This document shows positions 12,998-24,368 of a stretch of 64,000 bases of DNA, one piece after another. The translations under genes and the position numbers were made by a program. The DNA is taken from assembly GCF_030028105.1 (NCBI RefSeq), contig NC_092382.1:85274198-85338197 (forward strand), written 5' to 3'. How positions within the stretch are numbered: the stretch's first letter is position 1; the number at the start of each line of letters is the position of its first letter. Below the pieces are notes generated by a model. The model worked only from the letters and a program-made list of their open reading frames with translations, was not told where the DNA came from and searched no databases. The DNA comes from Mobula birostris (lineage: Eukaryota).

Positions 12998-13543
12998 TGC
13001 TTTGGTGTGGATACGGAGTGATGCACCCCAGTACAAGCCAACAACACAAAATATCAAACAATGCACAATGTGCGAGTAAATGATTGGATTCTATAGTTAT
13101 TTCTTAGTGGTGGGTTAGTAGAAACAGATAAAATAAAGGCACCAAATGTGTACATTTATCAGTTTTGTGCCCAAAACATTTTAATGCAGTGGAGCTCACA
13201 CCACCGGTTCCATCCACAATGACCATCCGAGCCTCCGGCCACCATCTGAAACGCCGAACCCCGATAGCCGCCGTCCTGGGATGCCGGCCGCTGTGCATAC
13301 ATCCGTCCTCTTTGCTCGCCTCCCGAAAAGACCACAAACTAGCTCAGCTCACACATACAAGATAATATAACAAGCACTCCATTGGTTAGTATCCCCCTTA
13401 TCTGCAGTTATAACGCAAGCATTTCAGTTGCAGTGACCCATTACATCACTAGGTAACATTACAAAGAAGCTATTTCATCACAACGCTACAGAGACGCCAT
13501 TTTGTCAGCCTTAATTGTTAACATTACAGTTAATAACCCTACA
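12998..13543 (-). mobile_element. Truncated Gypsy LTR (family B)
   Basis: Reverse complement begins TGTAGGG and shares caaaatggc, actaacccaYcac, tttactcgc and ccgtatccRcacc blocks with the LTR at 33035-33678. Confidence 0.7.
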
Positions 13544-14780
13544 TAAGTATTTAGATAGATGTGGACTGATTAAGTTGGCAGCATGGGCTTGTGCATGGTA
13601 GTCATGTCTAATCAAACATCGAGTCTCACGAGGATGTTATCAGGAAAGTGGAAGAAGGCAAGTCAGCTGATGTTGTCTACAAGGACTTCAGCAAGGCACT
13701 TGACAAAGTCTCATACGGGAGGTCAAGAAGGTTCAGTCACTCAGCATTCAAAATGAGATAGTAAATTGGATGAGTCACAGTTTTTGGGAGAAGTCGATGC
13801 TTGCCTGTCTGACTGGAGGCCTGTGACTAGTGGTGTGCAATAGGGATCAGTGCTGGATCTGTTGCTGTTTGTCATCTATGTCAGATATCTGGGTGATAAC
13901 ATGGTTAACTAGATCAGCACACTTGTGGATGACACCAAGATTGGGGGTGTAGTGGGCAGTGAGGATGACTATCATGGCTTGCAGTGTGATCTGGACCAAC
14001 TGGGAAAATGGCCTGAGAAATGGAAGATGGAATTTAATGCAGACAAGTTCGAGGTTTTGCACATTGCTAGGACCTACCAGTGTAAGTCTAACTCAGTGAC
14101 TGATAGGGCACTGAGGAGTGTTGTTGAAGACAGAGATCTGGTAATACATGTCTATAATTCACTCAAAGTAGTGTCACAGTTTGAGAGGGACGGACAGAAA
14201 GATTTTGGCACATTGGCCTTCATAAACCAGAATACTGAGTAAAGGAGATGGATGTTATGTTGACGTTGTACAAGACATTGTTGAGGCCTAATTTGGAGTA
14301 TCGTGTGCAGTTTTGGTCACGAACCTACAGGAAAGATGTAAAAGAGGTTGAAAGAGTTCAGAAAAAGATTTGCAAGGATTTTGCCAGGTCTGGAGGACTT
14401 GAGTTATAAGGAGAGATTGAACTGGACTTTATTCCTCAGACGTAAAAGATTGAGGGGAGATTTGATAGAGGTGTACCAAAATTATGAGGGTTATAGATGA
14501 GGTAAGTGCAAGCTGGCTTTTACCACAGAGATGGGATGGGACTACAAACAGAGACTATGGGTTAAGAATGAAAGGTAAAACATTGAGGGGAACTTGAGGG
14601 GAATGTGAGGGGAAGCTTCATCACACAGACGGTCGTGCGGGTGTGGAATGAGCAGCCAGATCATGTGGTGCATGCAAGCTCGATTTCAATGTTAAGGGTA
14701 TGTATAGGTACCTGGACGGTAGGGGTCTGGGAGTGGACAGTTTAAATAGTTCAGCACAAACTAGACGGGACAAATTCTGT
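13544..14780 (+). mobile_element. CR1 RT to 3' end; first ~840 bp duplicate 11993-12999
   Basis: Begins taagtattt.gatagatgtggactgattaag as at 11993 and shares private substitutions with that copy. Confidence 0.85.
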
Positions 14781-15946
14781 GACAAGAACCTGAAATAATA
14801 GAAATATTTATTCTATTTCCTTTTAACAGCTATGCGGACCAACCATTCATCTCAGCAGGAAATCTTTACATGGCTTTAATATGTGGCATTTTAAATGAAC
14901 AGTATATAAAAGAAAATCCCAGCTGTAGATTAACAAAGGCTATTTGTGTGAGAGTGTTTCAGTTACCGTGGGGCCAGACACCCATGCATCTTAGTGGGGG
15001 CAGGGAATAATACCAATGGAGAGAGTCAAACTGAGCCAGGTCACAGATTGGAGACGGCAGAAACATAGAAAAGTATCCTACAGCACAAACAGGCCCCTCG
15101 GCCCATAAGGCTGTGCCGACCATGTTCTTACCTGAGAAATTACCTGGGGTTACCCATAGCCGTCTAATTTTCTGAGCTCCATATACCTGCCCAGGAGTCT
15201 CTTAAAATATCCGATAGTATACACCTCCACCAATATCACCGGTAGCCCATTCCATGCACTCACCACTCTGCGTTAAAAAAAAAAAAAAAAAAACTTACCC
15301 CTGATACCTCCTCTGCACCCATTCTTATAGAGACAGGAAAAGCATCAGAGAATTTGATGTCCATTCCAGATACCAGCACTATGTCCAGTTAGAAGATAAT
15401 TTTTCTCTCCAACTTCGGTTGACCCTCACTGTAACAGTGTGTTGTCAGATCACACTTTGGCAATTAAAGTGATCGCATCTGAAATGTTATCCTTCACCCA
15501 TTGACGGACTTTGTAATTTTTTTTTTCAGGTTAAAAACGACAAGCAATTTGTCTACGGAAATCTCGAACACAACACACCAGTTTTGCTGTGTCTGCCCAG
15601 ATATTTAAAAAGTGGAACGTTGTATTCATGCATTCGTCCTTCCTGCTCAGACTGTGAGGAGGGATTTATTTGTCGATCCTTCTTGTTTAGACTGGGAAGG
15701 GACACGCTCGGTCATCTGACCTACTGGCATACTCGTCATTTTACACAGTGTTCATCTGCTCCGACTGTGGGGACAGATTCACTTGGTCATCTCAACTGAA
15801 GGTACATCAGCGAGTTCACACTGGGACAAGGCCATTCACCTGTTCTGTGTGTGGGAAGGGATTCACTTGGTCATCCCACTTATGGACACACCAGTAAGGA
15901 GAGTCCAGTCACTCTGCTCAATTTGTGGGGCAGCTCATCTGACCTA

Positions 15947-17497
15947 ATGGCACATCAGCGAGTTCACACTGGGGAGAGGCCACTCACCTGCTCAGACTGT
16001 GGGAAGAGATTCACTTACTCTTCCAGCCTACAGAGATACCAGTCACTTCACAATGGAATGTGGCCATTCGCCTGCTCAGGCTGTGGGAAGGGATTCACTC
16101 GATCATCTCAAATGAAGGAACATCAGAGAGTTCACACTGGGGAGAGACAGTTCACCTGCTCACACTGTGGGAAGGGATTCACTTCGTTCTTTCAGCTGAA
16201 AGCACATCAGAGACTTCACACTGGGGAGAGGGTATTCATCTGTTTGTTGTGTGGGAAGGGATTCACTCAGTTATCTAACCTAAAAGCACACAAGTCAGTT
16301 CACACCGGGGAGAGGCCTTTCACCTGCTCAGACTGTGGGAAGATATTCACTCGATCATCTCAACTGAAGGTACATCAGAGAGTTCACACCAAGAATTCGT
16401 TCACCTGCTCAGACTGTGGGAAGGAATTCACTCAGTCATCCCACCTACTGAAACACCAGTCAATTCACACTGGGGAGAAGCTGTTCACCTGTTCAGTCTG
16501 TGGGAAGAGATTCACTCACTCTTCCAGCCGACAGAGACACCAGTCAGTTCACACTGGAAAGAGGTCGTTCACCTGCTCAGACTGTGGGAAGGGATTCACT
16601 GGGTCCTTTCAGCTGAAGGCACATCAGAGAATTCACACTGGGAAGAGACCATTCATCTGTTTGTTGTGTGGGAAGGGATTCACTCGGTTATCTAACCTAA
16701 AAGCACACATGTCAGTTCACACAGGGGAGAGGCCGTTTACCTGCTCAGACTGTGGGAAGGGATTCACTCGATCATCTCATCTGAAGGAACATCAGAGAAT
16801 TCACATTGGGGAGAAGCCGTTCACCTGCTCAGAATGTGGGAAGGGATTTACTCAATCATCATACCTGCAGAGACACAAGCTAGTTCACAGTGGGGAGAGG
16901 CTGTTCACCTGTTCGGACTGTGGCAAAGGATTCAATCGATTATACCACTTACAGATGCACCAGCGAATTCACACAGGGGAGAGGCCGTTCAGCTGCTCAG
17001 TCTGTGGGAAGGAATTCCATCGATCATCCGACCTTCGGAGACACCAGCGAATTCACACTGGGGAGAGGCCATTCAGCTGCTCAGTCTGTGGGAAAGGATT
17101 CACTTTGTCATCTCACCTACTGACACACCAGTCAGTTCACACTGGTGAGAGGCCGTTCACCTGCTCAGTCTGTGGGAAGAGATTCACTCAGTCATCCAAC
17201 CTACTGAGACACCAGAGAGTTCACACTGGGGAGAAGTCGTTCACTTGCTCAGACTGTGGAAAAGGTTTCATTCGGTCATCCGAACTGCTGGCACACCAGC
17301 GAGTTCACACTGGGAAGAAGCCGTTCACCTGCTCAGCCTGTGGGAAGGGATTCACTCGGTCATCCACCCTACTGGCACACCAGTCAGTTCATACTGGGGG
17401 AGGCCGATCATCTGCTCAAACAGTGGGAAGAGATTCTCAGCCAAATCAACTGAATGTGCATCAGCGAGTTGACAATGGAGAGAGGCCATTCACCTGA
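15947..17497 (+). CDS. Tandem C2H2 (Kruppel-type) zinc-finger protein, ~516 aa, 17 finger units
   Basis: Repeated CxxC-x12-HxxxH with TGE(R/K)PF linkers; first in-frame ATG at 15947 (MAHQRVHTGERP); splice acceptor (t)n-cAG at 15528-15529; AATAAA at 17773-17778. Finger 1 has His->Tyr. The start codon is inferred. Confidence 0.9.
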   Translation: MAHQRVHTGERPLTCSDCGKRFTYSSSLQRYQSLHNGMWPFACSGCGKGFTRSSQMKEHQRVHTGERQFTCSHCGKGFTSFFQLKAHQRLHTGERVFICLLCGKGFTQLSNLKAHKSVHTGERPFTCSDCGKIFTRSSQLKVHQRVHTKNSFTCSDCGKEFTQSSHLLKHQSIHTGEKLFTCSVCGKRFTHSSSRQRHQSVHTGKRSFTCSDCGKGFTGSFQLKAHQRIHTGKRPFICLLCGKGFTRLSNLKAHMSVHTGERPFTCSDCGKGFTRSSHLKEHQRIHIGEKPFTCSECGKGFTQSSYLQRHKLVHSGERLFTCSDCGKGFNRLYHLQMHQRIHTGERPFSCSVCGKEFHRSSDLRRHQRIHTGERPFSCSVCGKGFTLSSHLLTHQSVHTGERPFTCSVCGKRFTQSSNLLRHQRVHTGEKSFTCSDCGKGFIRSSELLAHQRVHTGKKPFTCSACGKGFTRSSTLLAHQSVHTGGGRSSAQTVGRDSQPNQLNVHQRVDNGERPFT

Positions 17498-18516
17498 TGA
17501 GAATGTGGGAAGGGATTAACTCAGACAACTAACCTCATGACACTATCGGGTTCACACTGGGGAGAAATTATCAATAAGCTGCATGCTGGATATTCGTCCA
17601 TTACCGTTGCTGAATGCAATTTCAGCGATGACTGTCGGTGCTGAATTCTGCAATTATTGCTGCTGCTCACCACACCCAGTTCTGCACCCTGGTCACTGGG
17701 CATGGGAGGAGTTTCTTCTGCTGCACATTCACCTTTAATGGGACTGGAGTTTAATATTATGGATCTGAGACAAATAAATCAGTTCTATTTTAAACCCTGT
17801 CTCAGATACTTAGTGAATTTATAACACACTTAGTGTATAGTCGAGAGTCAACTCAGGCCGGCTGGACTCTGTTCTACGACAGTCCTTTTAAACCCTCCCC
17901 TGTTGTTCATCTCTCGGTCTCCCTGTGTTGGTGGGTTCCAAACAGTCACCACTCTGTGGGTGAAGAGGTATCCCTTGAATTTATTGCAGACAGAAGAAGA
18001 CGAGCTGACTGCAGTTCTGTCTGACATGTTCTTCGCTCCTCAAATCTCTGGGCTGAGGAAGAATGACATTGGTAGTTAACCTCCTTATTCAGGGTTCATT
18101 TCCACATTATTGGTCATTTTGCCTGCTTCTAAATGGTTGTAAGAAAACATCACTATCCTCTGAAGACTGAAAGCAGAATGGGAAACCATTAGTTGGATGT
18201 TCAACGGAGCTGGGTCAGAAACCACAGGCGGGTCCTCACAGGGCAGAGTTTGAGGCTCTGGACGGTGGTCAGCGTAAGAATGTATGATGAGGAGAAGGGA
18301 ATCAGCGGCAGGGCGTGACAACGGATGACAGAGTAGCAACATTCGGTTGCTGATTGACAGAGAAAAGAATTCGGTTGCCTGACAGATGACAAACAAACAA
18401 TGCCTGTTGTGTTGGGAATAGGTATATCTGTTGAGGGAGTTGTTTCTGCTTGTTTATCCTGTAATATTATATGCGGATGGTTATTATGGATTGTCCTATT
18501 AGTAGTAATGTATTTT

Positions 18517-18824
18517 TATATGGGCATCCGTTAGTCTCATGTGACTATGGATGTGCGCCTTGGAAAGTTTCCAGGACACAGACATGGACAAGGTTGTATG
18601 GTAGACCAGCAGTTGCCCATGGTCCAAGTCTCCTGTCTCCACGCCACCGATGTTGTTCAAAGGAGGGGCATTAGGACCCATACAGCTTGGCACCAGTGTC
18701 GTCGCAGAGCAATATGTGTTTAAGTGCCTTGCTCAAGGACACATAGGCTGCCTCAGCCAAGGATCGAACTAGCGACCTTCAAATCACTAGACGAACGCCT
18801 TAACCATTTGGTGACGCGCCAACA
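18517..18824 (-). mobile_element. tRNA-derived SINE with CORE-like central block
   Basis: Reverse strand: tRNA-like head (tggttaaggcg ... B box AGTTCGATCC) followed by gtgtccttgagcaaggcacttaa. Confidence 0.7.
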
Positions 18825-18984
18825 TATTTTTCTAATTTTTCTAATGTATTGATTATCATATAATTTGTAAGATCTTGACTGTAAAACTGGATCAGGCTTA
18901 AATTTATGCTCTCTTTATGAAGTTACAGTGGTCATTCATGAGTTAGTATTTTAAAACAAGATTTTGGTGTATGATATTTGCCAA

Positions 18985-19540
18985 TTGAGCAATCCTCTTT
19001 CAAGTATCACTAGATTTGGGAATGTTTACTAGAAATTTGCAAATGCCACTGCATTCTTTAAGAGAGGAGAGCAGCGTAAGAAAGGAAATTATAGGACAGT
19101 TAGTCTGACCTCAGTAGTTGGGAAGATGTTGGAGTCCATTAACGATGTGTTTTCGGGGTACTTGGAGCGCATGATAAAGTACGGCCAAAGTCGGCATGGT
19201 TTTCCTCAGGAGAAACCTTGCCTGACAAATCTGTTGGAATTCTTTGATGAAATAACAGGCAGAATAGACAAAGGAGAGGCAGTGGATGTTGTTCGTTTGG
19301 ATTTTCAGATGGTCTTTAGCAAGGCGCTCAAGACCACAGCTCATGGTATTTTATGTCTCTGTGCCTGTTCCCACTGGAGAGTAGAATGATGTGGAGTGGG
19401 GGGATGTGGTGGGGAGGGGAATTTCCGTAAACTGAAAACCCGAGACAGAGAGGATGTTTCCCACAGTGTAGAGCCCAGGACCGGAGGCACACTATCAGAC
19501 TACAGGGAAATCAATTTAGAAGAGAGATGAGGAGGAAATC
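18985..19540 (+). mobile_element. CR1 fragments
   Basis: ORF 19126-19389 (HGF...CLTNLLEFFDEIT...DKGEAVDVV.LDFQ) plus a 3' piece. Confidence 0.8.
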
Positions 19541-20016
19541 TTATGATACTATGTTTATTCAACACGTCCGTGTCTGATCTATGCTTTAGTGCCCAGCCCC
19601 CTCTATCTCCACGTCAAATGTATCCATCCATCCGCCTTCACGCCCTCGGGGCAGCGAACCTAAAAACAAATGTACACTCAGTTAGACAGACAGATAAACA
19701 CTTCACTGATCCTAAATTAATTTACATGTAAGATTTAGAATTCCAGAAATTTCCATACGACTCTACAGTATTTAAAATAAGTTGCCTTTTACGATCCGTG
19801 TCCGTTTCTCTCGTTTATCCGTCCCTTACCCTCGTTTATCTTCCCGCCGAAATCCCTGGTTTCTATCCCAGTTTAACTCCCCATATATTGTCCCTCCCCT
19901 ATTCCCTCCAATCTCTCTCCTCGGTCATTCTCTCCCACTCCTCTCTCTTCCCCCTCACTCGCTCCCGTTTATTTCTCACCCAAGTCCATCTCATTTCCCG
20001 CCATTTTCTCCTCTCA

Positions 20017-20117
20017 AGCAACACACATCAAATTTGCTGGTGAACGCAACAGGTCAGGCAGCATCCACAGGAAGAGGCACAGTCGACGCTTCGGGCCGAG
20101 ACCCTTCGTCAGGGCCC
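20017..20117 (-). mobile_element. Short Penelope-derived hammerhead element
   Basis: 13-bp TSD TTTTCTCCTCTCA (20004-20016, 20118-20130); minus strand CTGACGAAGGGTCTCGGCCCGAAGCGTCGACT, with GAAA changed to GAAG. Confidence 0.85.
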
Positions 20118-20229
20118 TTTTCTCCTCTCACTGGTTGTTGTCCCCGTCTCTCTCCCCTCTGTTTCACGCCTCCGTTGCTTACCTCCCATCTCTCCTCAGT
20201 CTGTCTCGCTAACACTCCAACAGCCTCTT

Positions 20230-20440
20230 CTTGCTTTCTCTAACTCAGTTTCTCTCTCCCTCTCTTTCACTACCACCACTCAGCCTGTTCTTTCTGTCTC
20301 TCTCTCCCTCCCCCCATTCTCTCTCTCCCTCCCCTCTCCCTCCTCCCTCCCCTCTCCTTCCTCCCTCCCTCTCCCACTTCTCCTTCTCTCCTTATCCATC
20401 TTCCTCTACCTCTGTCTCCTTCTGTCCCTCCTCTGCTTCA
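20230..20440. repeat. Polypyrimidine (CT-rich) low-complexity tract
   Basis: Almost exclusively C/T. A purine-rich tract follows at ~20600-20760. Confidence 0.85.
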
Positions 20441-20761
20441 TCCGACTCCAAATGCCAGTAAGATCAGATGTCCAAACAAAACACCAAGGCTACTTATCTT
20501 GCGGATGTCATCATCGCACATTGAAAGGGACGGGGTGCTCTCCTGGAATGAACACGGACGGAGATTCAGTGTCGGCGTGGGGGGTATGGTTTCTAGACAG
20601 AAACGGGAGAAGAGAAGTGAGAGTGAGAGAAAGTTGGAGTGAGCGGATTAAGAGAGGGAGGTGAGGCAGTAGGAGGGTGTGTATTAGGTTAAGAGCAGAG
20701 AGGAGAAGAGGAGGAAAAGGAGAGAAAGAGAAAATGGAGGAAGAAATAGAGAGGAAATTGA

Positions 20762-21941
20762 TGTCATGGACCGGTCCACGAAATCCACATTCCGGTTCAC
20801 AGTCCGGTCCGTCGACTCCTTATTCCAGGTTTTCCTGTTTTCTCTTGTTCCATTGGGTGCCTTAATTGAGGCACCTGATTCTAGTTTTGGGCTGGCACAT
20901 AAATAACCCTTGAAACCAAGGATTGCCTACAGGACTCTTCCCTTCCCCTTCCGCATGAAGCCTCACCTGAACCCCGTCAAGTTCAACCGCCGGAGTCAAA
21001 CAGGAACCTCGCCACGCCAAGATAAGGAACTATCTACTATTGAATTTGGAACTATCTCTTTGTGTCCCAGTGTTTAGAGTCCGTGTCAAAGATTAGTCCC
21101 TGTCCTAGGTCCTGTTCCCAAGGAGGGGTCCTGCCTCTATGTCATGTCCCAGACCTAAGTCCTTTTCCCAAGGAGGGGTCCCGGTTCTGTGTTCTGTGTT
21201 TTTGTGTTCCAAGTTCCAGGCGCTGTCTTCCAGTCCTGTCCAAGTCAAGGCTTCGTGTTCTAGTCCTGTCCATGTGCCTCGCCCAGCCCAGGAGTTCCTC
21301 GCCCAGCCCAGGATCCCCTCGTCCAACCCTGTGCTGGAGATTCTTCATCCTGCGCTGGATCGTCCCCATCCGAATCCTCGGCAGTTTAGCTCAGCAGTCT
21401 TCCCGGCCCTGCGTCCTAGAAAGGGTCCCAGCCCTGCGCTCCAAGGAGGAGTCCCGGCTCCGTACCCAAGATCTTAACCAAGCCGAGTCCAAGAGCCGAG
21501 CCAATCCTAGTCCAAGAACCTAGTCCTGTCAAAATCAAGGCTTTTTGTTCTCGTCCTGTGCAGGAGTTCCACGTCCAGTCCTGTAGCCTAGCCACGTCCA
21601 GTCCTGTAGCCTAGCCACGTCCAGTCCTGTAGCCACGTCTGGTCCTCGCCTAGATCCGGGTTCCGAGCCCGAGTCAAAACCCGAGTTCCGGGTCACTGTC
21701 CAGCCTCTAGCTCGGAGTCCTAGCCCAGGCTCGTAGTTCCAAGTTCCTTGTCCAGTTCCCGCTTTCCTAGTCTTAGTCCTAGCCCAGGCTCGGTGTCCTT
21801 GTCTCATCCAGGGCCTGTGTCCATGTCCAGCGTCGTATCTTCCTGACTCCCCTTGCTTTCTTGATAAACCTTGTCCTGTTCTTAGTACTTCAGTGTCTGT
21901 GTCTTGCATTTGGGTCCGTTCCCAATGCCTCCATTATGAGA
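20762..21941 (+). mobile_element. Solo LTR (Gypsy-type), family A copy 3
   Basis: TGTCATG...ATGAGA ends; TSD ATTGA/GTTGA (1 mismatch); CATAAATA TATA-like box near 20898; 3' TGCATTTGGGTCC motif. Confidence 0.85.
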
Positions 21942-22249
21942 GTTGAGGAGTGAGGAGGGTGAAGAGTGGGGAGAAATGGAGTGACAGATAAAGTGAGTGC
22001 ACTGTGGAGAGAGGAGGGAGCAAGATGTTGAGGAAGTTGCACACACTCACAGTGTTGAGGGAGGTCCATTCCCTCTGTCCCACTCACAGTAACTCTTCTA
22101 AGGATGTATTTGCATCAACGAAAACAGGATTCAACACGTTGTGACCGTATACTATTCCGAGCTGAAAAGAATGTTCAACCCAGAAAGGTGAAGAAATTAT
22201 CACAATAGAAGAGTTATTCCCTCTGGGGCGGTTACTTAGTCTTAGGTTC

Positions 22250-22652
22250 TTAGTCATACTTTATTAATCCAGGGGGAAATTGGTTTTCGTTACAGTTGCT
22301 CCATAAATAATAAATAGTAATAGAACCATAAATAGTTAAGTGGTAATATGTAAATTATGCCAGTAAATTATGAAATAAATCCAGGACAAGCCTATTGGCT
22401 CAGGCTGTCTGACCCTCCAAGGGAGGAGTTATAAAGTTTGATGGCCACAGGCAGGAATGACTTCCTATGACGCTCAGTGCTGCATCTCGGTGGAATGAGT
22501 CTCTGGCTGAATGTACTCCTGTGCCCACCCAGTACATTATGTAGTGGATGGGAGACATTGTCCAAGATGGCATGCAACTTAGACAGCATCCTCGTTTCAG
22601 ACGCAACCGTGAGAGAGTCCAGATCCATCCCTACAGCATCACTGGCCTTACG
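22250..22652 (-). mobile_element. Rex1/Babar-type LINE 3' end
   Basis: ORF 22392-22628: ILDNVSHPLH...PRCSTERHRKSFLPVAIKLYN; 3' UTR aatttccccctggattaataaagta. Confidence 0.75.
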
Positions 22653-23399
22653 AGTCCTAAGATGGTTTTAGGAGCAAATGACACTCACCAGGGGGCGGTC
22701 AAGATTCTTGGTGGGGCGGTAACTTGAGGCACCAGACCTAACCGACCGTTAGTAGAGTAAGCACTTCCAGAAAAGGGTGTGGCACTGAAACACAGGAAGA
22801 ACCAACGCTCTGCAGGCTTTGTGCATTCGTCACCACAACGCGTCTGACACTCGGCAATCTCGTCCGACCATACCAACGTAACAGACGTTGTTGGGGATGC
22901 ATAAATGAGCAACCAGGGTGCTCGGCATTTCAGCCTGACTCGCGGCTCTAAAAGGGCTAAAATAGGTTGGGAAACTCTGCTGTAGAAGAAAGACTTAACC
23001 ACTGGATCAGCATAATTGTCCATGGATGGGATCCCCACGATCTGAATAGAGAGGTGTCAACATAAAGCGTCCGACGCCAGACTAAAGGTTCGAGATCTCT
23101 TCCTAGATACTGAGAGGTTCCTTGTGTCAATACAGGACCAGGTGGTTGACACAAAAATAACAGAAATGCACATTAAAAGAGTAACAAATTCAATACGAAG
23201 TGTTATGCCTCTCTCAGGCTCTAAAACAGAATATGCCATTTGAATGCTTACACAGGCGCCATCAAGTGGAAATAACCATTCACCAAAATCTTGCTTTAAG
23301 ATACAATCATGAAAGATACTGCGGATTACAATAAATACAAGCCGGATCCAGTTTTAGAGTCGGAGTCAAACAATTACATGACGACCGATCCGTTACTAG

Positions 23400-23775
23400 A
23401 GATAGGACGATACAAGATTCGCGTCCGGATATAATATCACAGGATAAACATGCAAATTAGATTTACTGACTAGATATGGGCATTCCGACACACACAGCAC
23501 GCAGAAGTCAAAAAGTGAAAAACACCTGAAATATACTGACGTGGAAGAGGAAAATAAAAGTCTGCGATACATGAACAGGGTATACATTGTCCCAATTGTA
23601 ATATATACGGCTGCTATCAACCCAAAGTGACTACACAATAACATTAAACAGTTAAACCTGCAGGGCAATAATGAAGATCACTGCAATAGCCCGAAAATTC
23701 GTCGTAGTTCAGAAATCAGTTCTTTGTCCATGTCTGTTCCTCAAGTTTTACCGGTTTTACCTGAGAAAAAAGAAA
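23400..23775 (+). mobile_element. R4/Dong-clade non-LTR element, restriction-like endonuclease (RLE) remnant
   Basis: RPDIISQDK...LDMGIP...EKHLKY...VYIVPIVI; paralogous to 36960-37365. Confidence 0.7.
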
Positions 23776-24368
23776 GTAATATTAAACACGCGATTGTACT
23801 GCGGTAAATACAGGGGAGATTCATCGTGCAGTTTGCTCGGAAGGAAATTTTTGATAAATCAGGAAGCGAAATGACATTTGTCCTTGAAGCAGAGTAGGAA
23901 TTTTGGTGTTCCATGGAAATTTGCACAATTCCGAACCAAATCCAGGAGCTCTCTATTGCTAATCATTTCTCCATATCAGGTTTATCTAATGCCGACGATA
24001 AGTGCGTGGACTGTTGACTCGCTTTTTCATTTCATTCTGATGAAAAAGACTAAAGTAACAAATAAGATGCAATTTTGCTGATTAGGACTTGAATGTCCGC
24101 GGATCCTCTCCCCCTTTATCATTACCGAAAGGGTTGTGGCGGTGACAGGGGCTGGAATATGGTGGGAAATAAACAGAAAATGTAGGGCGAGTTTAATAAT
24201 TGATAGGAGGTGGATGTCGCGGGCTGAGGGTGGCAATGCGTGTTTGCCTGTGTTGTGTCTCTCACCGGGCTCTAAACCAGTTTTATTCTCCCCGCTACCA
24301 TGTTCTCCGATTACTGTCCGTTCTGCAGTGTCCGGATGGAAATCACTAAAACCGCCTCTGAGAAGAGG

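Noticed and set aside
15851-15946. N-terminal extension of the 548-aa ZNF ORF
   Set aside because: Starts at GTG and is out-of-frame decayed finger sequence; the first ATG is at 15947.
18730-18824. Possible tRNA gene (also ~29470-29545)
   Set aside because: The tRNA-like heads continue into SINE bodies and have degenerate A/B boxes; the second has a TSD and poly(A).
19782-20461. Pro/Ser/Leu-rich ORFs
   Set aside because: Artefact of a polypyrimidine low-complexity tract.
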